This document shows, in pieces, positions 9,712 to 18,399 of a DNA stretch of 28,256 nucleotides. Below the pieces are notes generated by a model. It saw only the letters and a program-made list of their open reading frames with translations. It was not told where the DNA came from and searched no databases. A program made the position numbers and the translations under genes. This DNA comes from a virus (taxonomy: Duplodnaviria > Caudoviricetes), in the IMG/VR virus record IMGVR_UViG_3300020045_002337, positions 1-28,256 of that record; one strand, given 5' to 3'. Each line of letters opens with the position of its first letter. Position 1 is the first letter of the stretch.

Positions 9712-9733
9712 ATGGGCGAGTTTCCCCGCCCAT
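9712..9733 (-). terminator. GAAA-capped hairpin after capsid and decoration genes (mRNA 3' stabiliser or weak terminator)
   Basis: ATGGGCGGG-GAAA-CTCGCCCAT on the - strand; no U tract follows. Confidence 0.5.
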
Positions 9734-9742
9734 CTGCAAAGA

Positions 9743-10195
9743 TCAGGTTGCTGCGGTTGCAGTGCCAACAATGGTCGGCGGCTTGGCGATACCACCGCGC
9801 GAGCGACGGCCCAAGACGTACACAATCCCGTCAGACAGCGCAGTGCCAGTGCCGGATGCGCGAACGTAGCGCTTTCCACCAACATAGCCCAGCACACCAG
9901 CGATTTTGTCGTCATCCGCGTCCGAGGTGGTCGACACCGTAACAGCGCCGTTGACGCCGTTGGCGGTGGCAACATCGGTGAAGCTGACAGCCGTGGTCAG
10001 GTCGCTTTCTTGCAACTTGATCGTGTGACCAGCCGCAGCGCCAGCGTCGTTGATGGTCGCGTTGATCACTGCGATATCCAAGGCGTCATAGCCCTGCATA
10101 TCGATCAGAGGAGTCACCACAGTCGCAGTGCCGGAAAAGGTCAGCTTGCCGAGCAAGACCCAAGAGGCGTCGTTCAGAGTGTCGAATTTTGCCAT
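9743..10195 (-). CDS. Probable capsid decoration/cement protein
   Basis: 150 aa immediately after the capsid gene; IDMQGYD...KLQESD...GYVGGKRYVR pattern. Confidence 0.65.
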   Translation of the reverse strand: MAKFDTLNDASWVLLGKLTFSGTATVVTPLIDMQGYDALDIAVINATINDAGAAAGHTIKLQESDLTTAVSFTDVATANGVNGAVTVSTTSDADDDKIAGVLGYVGGKRYVRASGTGTALSDGIVYVLGRRSRGGIAKPPTIVGTATAAT

Positions 10196-10207
10196 GGTCA
10201 GGTATCC

Positions 10208-11422
10208 TTATACCGAAGCCTTCAACAGCTTATAGCTGTCGAAAGAAGTCACGTCCCCGCCCGTGCGGCGGCGCAAGCGGAAAATAGTGTAGGGGTCCGC
10301 AGTGTAGGGGTCACGCAAGACCTGCAAGCCGATCCGGTCAAGGATCGTGTAGCCACGGCCAAAGTCGCCGTAAGCCGCAATCAGGTTGCCGCCCGTGCCG
10401 TGTGCCTGCATGTCGTCGCAGAACACAACGCGCTTGCCGAGAATTTGCATCCCGGTGTTGCCGTCTTTCAGCAGGGTTTGGCCGAAGTAGAAGTTGTCGG
10501 CCCCTTTCAGCTTGATCACCTGCGCATAGGACATGCGCTTCATCAGCCACACCGCAGAGGCTTGATAATCTTCTTTCAGTGAGCCTTGAATGTCGATCAA
10601 GCCATCTGCGGTAAAGGTGGTTGCCGCACCAGAGTTGATTTGCTCGATCTTATCGCGCTCGTAAACACCAGCCGAAGCCCAAGCCGCATACGTCAGCAAG
10701 CCGCGCGGTTTGTTGACCCCGTTGCCAGTGAAGAATGCAGTGTTTTCGCTGCGGCCAATCTTGTCCGCGCCCTTGCCTTGCAGCCAGCCTGACAGATCAA
10801 AATAAGCGTCTTCCAGCATGTCAGCCGTAGCGTTCATCTTGGCGGTGATATCATGCGCCACGATTTCTTTCTGGCCGACTTGCGGGGTATCTTCCGTCGC
10901 AATGGCTTTTTCGCCCGACCATTCCGCAGTGCCTTCATCATCGTCAATCAAGAACGTGCGGGATTTGGCCCCGGTTTGCTCAACATTGGCAATCATACGG
11001 ATGGGAGAGGTTTCGAACACACGGCTAACCACGGTTGCCGAAAGCTCAGGCATCACCAGATAGCCGCCATTCGGGTTGCTGTCCGTGGACATAGCCCGGA
11101 TTTCGAGAGACGTTTTGCCCTCTTTGCGCGCGAAAGCGTTCAGATCAGCGCGGGCTTTGGTTTCATCGGCCTTGCCGTTGCCGCCCATATCGCCACGCTG
11201 AATGACAGCTTCGAGTGCGGAAGCTTTGGCCTCAGCGGCTGCGGCTTTCTGCTCAATCGCTTGCAGCTTTTCCATGGCCCCGGTAACTTGCGCGGCCATC
11301 TTGTCGAATTTGGCCTCATCGACCACATCGCGGTTTTTCACCGCGTCAACATCCGCCCGCAGGGCGACGAACGCGGTGTTCACCCCTTCGACCAGAGTTT
11401 TAATTTCGCTCATGTCAGACAT
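10208..11422 (-). CDS. Major capsid protein, HK97 fold, with N-terminal coiled-coil delta domain
   Basis: RAMSTDSNPNGGYLV, AFFTGNGVNKPRGLL, YGDF...LRDPYT...RRTGGDV. Confidence 0.96.
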   Translation of the reverse strand: MSDMSEIKTLVEGVNTAFVALRADVDAVKNRDVVDEAKFDKMAAQVTGAMEKLQAIEQKAAAAEAKASALEAVIQRGDMGGNGKADETKARADLNAFARKEGKTSLEIRAMSTDSNPNGGYLVMPELSATVVSRVFETSPIRMIANVEQTGAKSRTFLIDDDEGTAEWSGEKAIATEDTPQVGQKEIVAHDITAKMNATADMLEDAYFDLSGWLQGKGADKIGRSENTAFFTGNGVNKPRGLLTYAAWASAGVYERDKIEQINSGAATTFTADGLIDIQGSLKEDYQASAVWLMKRMSYAQVIKLKGADNFYFGQTLLKDGNTGMQILGKRVVFCDDMQAHGTGGNLIAAYGDFGRGYTILDRIGLQVLRDPYTADPYTIFRLRRRTGGDVTSFDSYKLLKASV

Positions 11423-12065
11423 TTGACAGACCTTTCAGGAGTTGTTGCAGTTGGTTTTTCAACTCTGCCTCAGCGTCCCGCTGATCTGCGTTGTCAAGGT
11501 CAAAGCCCGAAGCGTCCCGCTTCTCTTGCCATGCCTTCCATCCGTCCGCCGTGATGATCTTTGCATCCCAGCGGGAGAAACCTTGTTGCCGCAGCATAGC
11601 CTCGAAAGACCGCTCTGTCATCTGCGATTTAATACTGTGGATAAGCGCGGATTGATCGGCGGGGATGGTCACAAACGATACTTCCCACAGATCAACCTCT
11701 TTCAGCAGGCGCGTGCCACCTTGCACAACCTCATCAGCAACGGTGCGGAAGCCAATCGATAGGCCCTCCATCGCGCCCATGCCGACCAGCTCTGCCGCCT
11801 CCGCGCCGCTGCGCGTTTTAAGCGCAAGACGGCCTTGCAGATACAGGCCCTTGCCATCCTCGCGTGCCTCATCCCAGACGCCGATAGGCTCATCCATAGA
11901 GTGCTGCCAGAGCATCTTGGGCTTGCGCTTGGTGAGTGACTTAGTAAAGGCCCCCGGCATCATCGTATCGCCGTAAGCGTCAACCCCGCCGAATACCGAC
12001 CCATAGCCGGAAACAACGCCCTGCGCATCGGCCTTTAGCTCCAGAGAGATTGACTTAAATTCCAT
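11415..12065 (-). CDS. HK97-family prohead protease
   Basis: Likely start ATG 12065 (MEFKSIS, overlapping the upstream TGA); GYGSVFGGVD, MLWQH, GLSIGF, LWEVSFVTIPA. Confidence 0.95.
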   Translation of the reverse strand: MEFKSISLELKADAQGVVSGYGSVFGGVDAYGDTMMPGAFTKSLTKRKPKMLWQHSMDEPIGVWDEAREDGKGLYLQGRLALKTRSGAEAAELVGMGAMEGLSIGFRTVADEVVQGGTRLLKEVDLWEVSFVTIPADQSALIHSIKSQMTERSFEAMLRQQGFSRWDAKIITADGWKAWQEKRDASGFDLDNADQRDAEAELKNQLQQLLKGLSNV

Positions 12066-12325
12066 CAGAGCCACCCCGTCAGCCCAGTTGCCGTGGTGCC
12101 AGTCGCGCGGATATGCGTGGCAAAGATCGCGTATGTGCCAATCGGCAGCGTGTCGGTGGTGGAGATTAAGCCATCCCACCCGATGAACGAAACCGTGCCA
12201 GCGACGTTAATCGTTAGGCCCCTGATACGACTGGATAGCGCATTCGTGTTATGCGGCGTAACCACAATCGCACCCTGCGCGCTGCTGTTGATATTCGGTT
12301 GCGTGCTTAGAAACTGATCAGCCAT
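12065..12325 (-). CDS. Head-spike base protein, RcGTA Rcc01079-like
   Basis: 86 aa; AIVVTPHNT...RGLTINVAGTV...IRATGTTATGLTGW matches the pattern I recall for that family. Confidence 0.7.
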   Translation of the reverse strand: MADQFLSTQPNINSSAQGAIVVTPHNTNALSSRIRGLTINVAGTVSFIGWDGLISTTDTLPIGTYAIFATHIRATGTTATGLTGWL

Positions 12326-12344
12326 GATGCCCTCGCGTTTGCGC

Positions 12345-12359
12345 AGTTATAACATAACT
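12345..12359. promoter_or_regulatory. Palindromic late motif, copy 1 (AGTTAT-AAC-ATAACT)
   Basis: About 20 nt upstream of the 12325 start; contains TATAAC on the - strand. Confidence 0.65.
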
Positions 12360-12371
12360 ATTTGCCATCGC

Positions 12372-13196
12372 CTAGACCTCGCCTGTTTTCGGCCACGGTC
12401 GCCCCACACGGCGATAAATGAGAGCGCATCGGCAAGAAATTACGTTCGCCGCAGATCCGTTCGGGTCACCCGGCCCTGTCATTAATTCCACTGCCCCATT
12501 CTTGCTTGGCACCTCAAACAACTGATCCGGCCCGACCGTGACCTCATTCATAAAGCGGTGATTAAATTCATCGACCACTCCGTCAACTTCGCCAAAATCG
12601 CGCGTCCGGCTGTCGAATACCGATACCCATCGCTTGTTCAAAGGTGCAACAGCAGTCTTAGCCACCGCCTCGCTTGCATACATGGCGGCAGTGTGAACCT
12701 CAGTGCGCGCAATCACATGCGCCCGCGTGCGGGATAGGGCTGGCACAGTTTGCCGCATGGTTGCCGCAATCTCATCCACCGATAACCCATCACGCACGCC
12801 ACGATCAATCGCGCGGGTGATCTGATCGCGGGTTGTATTGATGATCTGCGTGATTTTATACCCGCCAAACCGATCAATGAACGCCCGCATGATATGCTCG
12901 AATAGCGTTTCTGCCTCGGCCTTTGTTTCCATCATAGCAAAGGCTGATTTTTCTTGTTCGACCGGGAAAGCAGCCCCGGTCAATACAGCCTCGCGCCACA
13001 TGCGCACCATAACAGCCCCTAGATCACGCTGCGCCTCAATCGGCACAACCACAGCACCGGATAGCACCCATCGCGCTATAGCGGCCTCGTAGACAGCGGG
13101 GAACACCTTTCCGAGCCTGCGTTCATTGCGGCGGATAACCTTGACCTGATCAAGCCACTGCGCACGGGCTATTTCGCGATCACTCGCCATAGGCAA
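12372..13196 (-). CDS. Minor head protein, Mu gpF / SPP1 gp7-like
   Basis: RAHVIARTEVHTA, KRWVSVFDSRTR, PGDPNGSAANVISCRC; start may be 13190. Confidence 0.9.
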   Translation of the reverse strand: MPMASDREIARAQWLDQVKVIRRNERRLGKVFPAVYEAAIARWVLSGAVVVPIEAQRDLGAVMVRMWREAVLTGAAFPVEQEKSAFAMMETKAEAETLFEHIMRAFIDRFGGYKITQIINTTRDQITRAIDRGVRDGLSVDEIAATMRQTVPALSRTRAHVIARTEVHTAAMYASEAVAKTAVAPLNKRWVSVFDSRTRDFGEVDGVVDEFNHRFMNEVTVGPDQLFEVPSKNGAVELMTGPGDPNGSAANVISCRCALIYRRVGRPWPKTGEV

Positions 13197-14382
13197 GAAG
13201 CTTCATTGCTTTGGTTACATCCTCTTTCTGCATGTCGTCATCGCCAAGCGGCTCATAGCCCATTGCCTCGCGCGCCTCGTCCACGGTCAGAACGCCAGAT
13301 GATACGCCCTTAAGCATACGGTCGTATAACCGCCCTCGCATGGCCTCAAGCGCGCCGATCTTGTCCATGTCCACGCGGAAAGACAGCCCCTTGCCGTATG
13401 ATGGCAGCAACCACGCGCCGAACTGCGACAGGAAGCTGTTGAACAACGGCAAGACGGTATCGGTGTAAAGCCGCTCTTTGGCTTGCTCGAGGTTGTTGAA
13501 CGTGCTGGCGTCATTGTCGATCAGAGGCAGAGGCACGCCGAACGCCGAGGCTATCAGCTTTGCCGCCTCTTTCTGCGTTGTAGTGAAATCCATATCCTTG
13601 GGGCTGTTATCCATCGGCACCCATTCGGCACCAGCGGGGAGGACCGGGATTTGTCCGGCGTTATGCTCGCCTTGGAACGCCGATTTGAACCACTCTTTCA
13701 GCCGCGCTATGACTTCCCCGCCTGCATCGGCGGTAAGCTTGATCAGCCCCGAAGGCCGCGCGCTATTCCGAAGCAGGCTGTAATTCCACCGCATCCCGGC
13801 GTTGTGCGTATCAGCCGCAATGCCCGCCGCCATGAGGGGCGATTGCCCGCGCCAATAGTCCAATGGGTTGTACATCTTCAAGAAGAACGCCTGCGACTGC
13901 CCTGTGATGCGATCACAGGGGAACTCGCGCTTGACGTTGTTTTGCTCGTAAACGTAGGACGCAGGGATACCGCCCTTGCCGGGATTTACCTTGATGTAAA
14001 TCGGGTTCAGGTTCCACAACTCGGTGATCTTGCCAGTCTCAGGATAGCGGACAATGCCAATTTCCCCGGTCAGCAGGTAATTCGTGAACGCCTCTGCGAT
14101 AAAGCCATCCCATCCTTGCGTTGGGTTTGGCCGCGCCAACAACGCCAATGCGGCATGACTCTCAATAGGATCGTCCCCGGAAATAACCTCAATCACCAGA
14201 TCTGACACTGAGCGGGTTATTTCAGCCACGGCGCGATAGACCACAACGTTAAGCTGATAGCCCTCCTCAACAAAGGCAACGCGGTTGGATTGTCGCGCCC
14301 AAGATGGCCCGCCTGGTGAGAAAAACGCGGCTCCGGTCGGGTGCTCTTTGACTTCGATCTTGCGGGCAAACGGCCAAGCCAT
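13180..14382 (-). CDS. Portal protein, HK97 family
   Basis: LLARPNP, GQSPLMAA, NSARPSG, SPKDMDF, IASAFGVP, STFNNLEQA, LTVDEAREAMGYEP. Confidence 0.96.
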   Translation of the reverse strand: MAWPFARKIEVKEHPTGAAFFSPGGPSWARQSNRVAFVEEGYQLNVVVYRAVAEITRSVSDLVIEVISGDDPIESHAALALLARPNPTQGWDGFIAEAFTNYLLTGEIGIVRYPETGKITELWNLNPIYIKVNPGKGGIPASYVYEQNNVKREFPCDRITGQSQAFFLKMYNPLDYWRGQSPLMAAGIAADTHNAGMRWNYSLLRNSARPSGLIKLTADAGGEVIARLKEWFKSAFQGEHNAGQIPVLPAGAEWVPMDNSPKDMDFTTTQKEAAKLIASAFGVPLPLIDNDASTFNNLEQAKERLYTDTVLPLFNSFLSQFGAWLLPSYGKGLSFRVDMDKIGALEAMRGRLYDRMLKGVSSGVLTVDEAREAMGYEPLGDDDMQKEDVTKAMKLLAYGE

Positions 14383-14412
14383 GCGGCATTGCTCCTGAAT
14401 AGGTTTTCGACA

Positions 14413-14427
14413 TGTTATAGCATAACA
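14413..14427. promoter_or_regulatory. Palindromic late motif, copy 2 (TGTTAT-AGC-ATAACA)
   Basis: Intergenic, about 30 nt upstream of the portal ATG. Confidence 0.65.
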
Positions 14428-14448
14428 CGCGGTTACGCTAGGCTCGGC

Positions 14449-15864
14449 TTACAACGCATAGAATTGAGCGCCGGGGACCGTCAGAAGATCAGCAATGGCG
14501 TCCATCATCGGGTCTAATTGGTCGTCATGGATGGCGTTGGGAAACTTGCTAGCCTCTGCCAGAAACTCTGACAGCCATGCGGCATTGCTGGGCAGATAGA
14601 CATTCCCGCTTTGGATCATTGGTGCAGAATCATGGGCGCGGCTGATTTTGTCGCGGTCGCGCTGGATAGCAATGATCGGAATGCCTTCGCGCTTGAGGGT
14701 CTGGATTAGCCCGGTGCCTGATATCTTGTCCTCGATCTTCATTGCCCGCAGCGGCGCGGCTCCGGCTTTATGCTTGGCCCAGAACGCGCGGGCCTGCACA
14801 AGTAACTCTGGTGCTTCCCATTTCCCTCGGTGCAAATCCAGCAAATAGGCCTGCCCTGTTTTTGACCTCCCCCACAATTCCAGCACGGAATAATCGTTCT
14901 CTTGCTTTGTCTTTTGCGCCGTATCAACATAAATGGCGCGATATTCCATCATTGGCGGGACGGTGTAATATTGCCACCACTCATCCTTGAATAGCCCGCC
15001 ACCGCGCGGGGATGGTCTTTGCTGTAATTGGCCTGCTACGGCATAAACGCCAAGCGATGCCTCTAACTCTTTCACCTGCTCCTCAGAAAACCGCTCTGGA
15101 AACATCAGATCGCCGTCAACCTTGCGCGGATCGGTCCAGCCGATCTTTGTCGGCTGGCGATTGGTCAATTCATAACGCATCGGAATGCAGAGGTGATCAT
15201 ATCCCAGATCCATTGCCACCGCCGATACATCGCCCTCATTCAAGCGCTGCATGATGATCACAATGGCGGACTGGTCATTGTTGACGCGTGACGGCAAGGC
15301 CTCGCGAAAGGTCAGCACTCCGGCATCCAGCTTAGCCACGCTGTTGGCATCTGAAACGCTGTGCGGGTCATCAATAATCACACGATCACCGCGCGAACCT
15401 GTCATACCCTCAAATGCCATTGCCTCGCGAAAGCCTGTCTTGTCATTCTCAAACTTGGTCTTGGCGTTTTGGTCGCTGGTGAGCATCACGGGCCAGTGGT
15501 CCTGATACCATTTCGATTGAATAAGACGGCGGCATTTCAAGTTATCCCGCACGGCAAGGTGCGCGGCGTGCGCAGTGCCGAGATAGCGCAATGCCTGCTG
15601 CCTACGCGGCCCCCACTCCCATGCTGGCCAGATCACACCCGTCAGCAGGGATTTCATAGACCCCGGCGGCACGTTCATCAGCAGGCGCTTGATATCCCCC
15701 GCAGAGACGGCCTCCAAGTGCTCACAGATCGCGTCTAGCGCCCATCCCCAACGCAGCGGCGTTGACGGCTCTAGAACCTGCCATGCGCGCTTGGCGAAGT
15801 GTGCAAGCGACTGACGGCAATATTCCCGCTCAATCTCTGCAATGTCATTCGCGCTTAGTTGCAT
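14449..15864 (-). CDS. terL: Terminase large subunit
   Basis: Likely start MQLSANDI at 15864; NVPPGSMKS (Walker A), RVIIDDPH (Walker B), IMQRL, VDTAQK, FPNAIHDDQLD nuclease motifs. Confidence 0.95.
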   Translation of the reverse strand: MQLSANDIAEIEREYCRQSLAHFAKRAWQVLEPSTPLRWGWALDAICEHLEAVSAGDIKRLLMNVPPGSMKSLLTGVIWPAWEWGPRRQQALRYLGTAHAAHLAVRDNLKCRRLIQSKWYQDHWPVMLTSDQNAKTKFENDKTGFREAMAFEGMTGSRGDRVIIDDPHSVSDANSVAKLDAGVLTFREALPSRVNNDQSAIVIIMQRLNEGDVSAVAMDLGYDHLCIPMRYELTNRQPTKIGWTDPRKVDGDLMFPERFSEEQVKELEASLGVYAVAGQLQQRPSPRGGGLFKDEWWQYYTVPPMMEYRAIYVDTAQKTKQENDYSVLELWGRSKTGQAYLLDLHRGKWEAPELLVQARAFWAKHKAGAAPLRAMKIEDKISGTGLIQTLKREGIPIIAIQRDRDKISRAHDSAPMIQSGNVYLPSNAAWLSEFLAEASKFPNAIHDDQLDPMMDAIADLLTVPGAQFYAL

Positions 15865-16222
15865 CGGCAGCGGCCAATATTTCCGCCATAGCCTCTGGCG
15901 ATAGCTTTGACATATCAAGCGCAGGCTTCGGCGTCATGGTGCCATCGGTGCTGGAATGATCAACAGGCTGCACAGGTGCGCCAAGCCCACGGGTTTCGCT
16001 GTCGGTCAGCAGCTTTAGCATGGCAGGCTCAATCAATGCCATGACTTCCTCGGTGGACATTTCAACAAGCCGTGCCTCTGTTGCATCAAGCAGGCGCTTG
16101 CGAATACGCATTGCCGTGCTTGAATTGATAACCTCAAGCTTTGCCGTCTCGCTTGTTTTCCCCGGCTTTGGCCCATTTGGCGCGCCAATTCGCGTTGAAG
16201 GCGATGGGTTTGGGTTAGACAT
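15845..16222 (-). CDS. terS: Probable terminase small subunit
   Basis: 125 aa overlapping the terL start; NPNPSPSTR N-terminus and VDHSSTDGTMTP...DMSKLS C-terminus are typical. Confidence 0.75.
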   Translation of the reverse strand: MSNPNPSPSTRIGAPNGPKPGKTSETAKLEVINSSTAMRIRKRLLDATEARLVEMSTEEVMALIEPAMLKLLTDSETRGLGAPVQPVDHSSTDGTMTPKPALDMSKLSPEAMAEILAAADATKRE

Positions 16223-16242
16223 GATATTTCCCTACTAGGAAA

Positions 16243-16257
16243 TGTTATACTATCACA
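16243..16257. promoter_or_regulatory. Palindromic late motif, copy 3 (TGTTAT-ACT-ATCACA)
   Basis: About 20 nt upstream of the terS ATG; extends to AATGT...ACATT. Confidence 0.6.
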
Positions 16258-16366
16258 TTCCGCTGCGTTGTAAATCATGCCGCGCCTCGCCCTGAGAGGA
16301 AGGGTTTGCGCGGCTTGCGGAGTTAAGTGAATGAGGCACTGGCACCCCCGCATAATCCGCCAGCAT

Positions 16367-16510
16367 TTACCCGCTGGTCAGGGCGTCTGCGATGGCCTGC
16401 TTTACCGCTTCAAGCTTATCTGGCGTCACCCAAACCCGGACAAGCGTTTCGCCAGCTTCTTTTCGGCGCTGGCGTTCCTTGGCTTTGCGTTGGGCGTCTG
16501 TCATGCTCAT
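16367..16510 (-). CDS. 47-aa basic protein, putative DNA-binding/antitoxin-like
   Basis: Below the track cut-off. MSMTDAQRKAKERQRRKEAGETLVRVWVTPDKLEAVKQAIADALTSG; ATGA overlap with the upstream gene. Confidence 0.75.
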   Translation of the reverse strand: MSMTDAQRKAKERQRRKEAGETLVRVWVTPDKLEAVKQAIADALTSG

Positions 16511-16743
16511 TGCGGATCAAAATATTCAACAGGGCTGTTATCGCGTACAAAGTTGATTGCTGTGCGCTTAACTGCTTCCAAGCGATCAAACTCCGCATCA
16601 TCAGCACACACATCAAAACCGCCGAGCATCGGTCCAAAAAGGCTTGCAGCAACTTCATCCGCAGTTGCTGGTCGCGTCGGCAAGGATTTCTGGGCTTCGA
16701 CTGCGGCGTTGAATGCTTCGTGTGCTTGCTCGATCGTGTTCAT
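16507..16743 (-). CDS. 78-aa acidic hypothetical protein (moron)
   Basis: Strong RBS GGAGAGAACAAAATG and its own promoter. Confidence 0.8.
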   Translation of the reverse strand: MNTIEQAHEAFNAAVEAQKSLPTRPATADEVAASLFGPMLGGFDVCADDAEFDRLEAVKRTAINFVRDNSPVEYFDPQ

Positions 16744-16779
16744 TTTGTTCTCTCCGGTTTGCGTTGTCTCTATACCCTC

Positions 16780-16807
16780 ACTATACAGCGTGACGCGTCA
16801 CGGTCAA
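16780..16807 (-). promoter_or_regulatory. Sigma70-type promoter TTGACC-N16-TATAGT with perfect palindrome CGTGACGCGTCACG in the spacer
   Basis: Read directly; palindrome at 16789-16802. Confidence 0.7.
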
Positions 16808-16851
16808 CAGCTATTTTGCACAGGCGGCGATTTTTTCGCCTGTTTCGAGTG

Positions 16852-17253
16852 TCAGGTCGCACTAGACTTGATATATTTTGCGACCGCCTTTGGTGATGCA
16901 GATAGAGCAACGCGTGGCTTTGGCGGGTTGTTGCGCATCCAGTTTAGATGCTCTGTCTTGGGCGTGAACTTGATGCCAAGAACCCTAGCCATGGATCGCA
17001 CCGCGTGAATACTTACGCCAAGCTTTTCGCCGCACTCATGGGCTGTCATGCCTGCGTCTGCACATGCGCGATATTGGGCGCGGCGTTCTCGGTCTGATCG
17101 GCCTGCCCAGATGACCTTGAGTTTGGCGCGGCGAAGCACCTGGTTTACGTCCGTGCGATTGCATCCGATCATATCCGCGATTTCCCACGATCCGCGCTTG
17201 CCATCGTATAGAGGCAGGACTTTGGCCTTAAGCTGACCCTTGAGATATGCCAT
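16852..17253 (-). CDS. Protein with two HTH-like segments (possible late regulator)
   Basis: SWEIADMIGCNRTDVNQVLRR and MTAHECGEKLGVSIHAVRSMARVLG; start taken at ATG 17253. Confidence 0.65.
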   Translation of the reverse strand: MAYLKGQLKAKVLPLYDGKRGSWEIADMIGCNRTDVNQVLRRAKLKVIWAGRSDRERRAQYRACADAGMTAHECGEKLGVSIHAVRSMARVLGIKFTPKTEHLNWMRNNPPKPRVALSASPKAVAKYIKSSAT

Positions 17254-17675
17254 CACGCCAGCCTCCACATGCTAGGAGATGATCCGTTGGTGCGCTTGCA
17301 CTCGATGCGCCCTGCCTGCGATAGGCGCTTGAGGGCTTGGCGGACGCTTTCGGGATGCAGGCCGATCTTGGTGGATAACTCAGGCGTGATGATCTGCCAG
17401 TCGCGGGTCATGTGCGGCATGACCAGATCCGGCGCTGTGATACTCAGTCGTGACTTGCCTTTACCGCCCATGTCGATTGGGGTGGTTGTTGGCAAGCGCC
17501 CAGCTCCCGGTTGCTCTGACCGCTCAATCAGGGCCATTGCCTGCGCTGGGGTTCTGCCCATGGCGATATGCTGCGCAAGGCGTGCGGCGTATGCTGGCGG
17601 CTTTTTGGGCGGCAGCGGCGGCATGACGCGGGTGGCGGTGATGGTGCGAAATTGGGTGATTGGTGTGGGTTTCAC
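17253..17675 (-). CDS. Hypothetical protein with C-terminal winged-HTH-like segment
   Basis: TPELSTKIGLHPESVRQALKRLSQAGRIEC. Confidence 0.6.
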   Translation of the reverse strand: MKPTPITQFRTITATRVMPPLPPKKPPAYAARLAQHIAMGRTPAQAMALIERSEQPGAGRLPTTTPIDMGGKGKSRLSITAPDLVMPHMTRDWQIITPELSTKIGLHPESVRQALKRLSQAGRIECKRTNGSSPSMWRLA

Positions 17676-17959
17676 GCTATCACCCCCGGCGCTGGTGTTG
17701 TGGTTGGGGCGGGAAGGTCTGCGATCATTTGGATTAGGTCCAGAAGGGCGCGGGGTTTGCGGATGCGGAAGCGGATGACGTTGCTATCACTCGGCCTACC
17801 ATCCCAGCCAATTTCCCCAACAACGCTCGGCAAAATAAGCCCTGTTTTTAACCCAAGCAACTCTGAAAAATGATCTACCTCAGCATACGCCCCCACACAC
17901 GGGCATCCCTTGCCGTCATGCTGGATCCAAGGCCCCCACTCGCTTTGCTGTTCGGTCAT
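17672..17959 (-). CDS. Hypothetical phage protein
   Basis: WGPWIQHDGKGCP N-terminus; coupled overlaps on both sides. Confidence 0.7.
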   Translation of the reverse strand: MTEQQSEWGPWIQHDGKGCPCVGAYAEVDHFSELLGLKTGLILPSVVGEIGWDGRPSDSNVIRFRIRKPRALLDLIQMIADLPAPTTTPAPGVIA

Positions 17960-18399
17960 GATGGCAACCTCAGGGCTTCCAATTTCTCAATCGCAGCCTG
18001 CATCAGATCATGCGTGGAAAACACCTCTTCCCTCGGCATAGGCTTCATTAGCGCCACCCGCGACTCCTGCCATTCCTTCACCGCTGCGAAGATGGCGGCA
18101 GGCGTGTCGCACCCTGCATGATTGAGGGGGCTGGCATAAGCGCGGCCTGTAAGCGGGTCGTCAAGAATGGACCGCACCGCATCAGTGTCGTCAGAACACC
18201 CATCACCGGATGGTGCTACGCCAAGATTGGTCGGCTTGACGCGGTAGACGCAATCCATAAGCCAAATAGGGGCGGTAACAATTTCCCATCCCTTTTCACA
18301 ATCCCAAACCTCAATCGGCCCCGAATGCGCCCGCAGCGCCTTGCTTGTTTTCTTTCCGAGCAAGCCGAGCGGCGCTTTGATTTTGGTGAGGTCTTTCAT
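17956..18399 (-). CDS. Hypothetical phage protein
   Basis: Likely start MKDLTKIK at 18399 (GGAGG RBS, ATGA overlap). Confidence 0.65.
   Translation of the reverse strand: MKDLTKIKAPLGLLGKKTSKALRAHSGPIEVWDCEKGWEIVTAPIWLMDCVYRVKPTNLGVAPSGDGCSDDTDAVRSILDDPLTGRAYASPLNHAGCDTPAAIFAAVKEWQESRVALMKPMPREEVFSTHDLMQAAIEKLEALRLPS

Noticed and set aside
9690-9745. Stop read-through fusing the 150-aa and 194-aa head genes
   Set aside because: The 53-nt gap puts them out of frame, and the second gene has its own RBS.
422-14205. Long + strand ORFs (e.g. 422..1129, 5669..6583, 10853..11554, 13483..14205)
   Set aside because: Antisense shadows of clear - strand structural genes in GC-rich DNA; no recognisable motifs.
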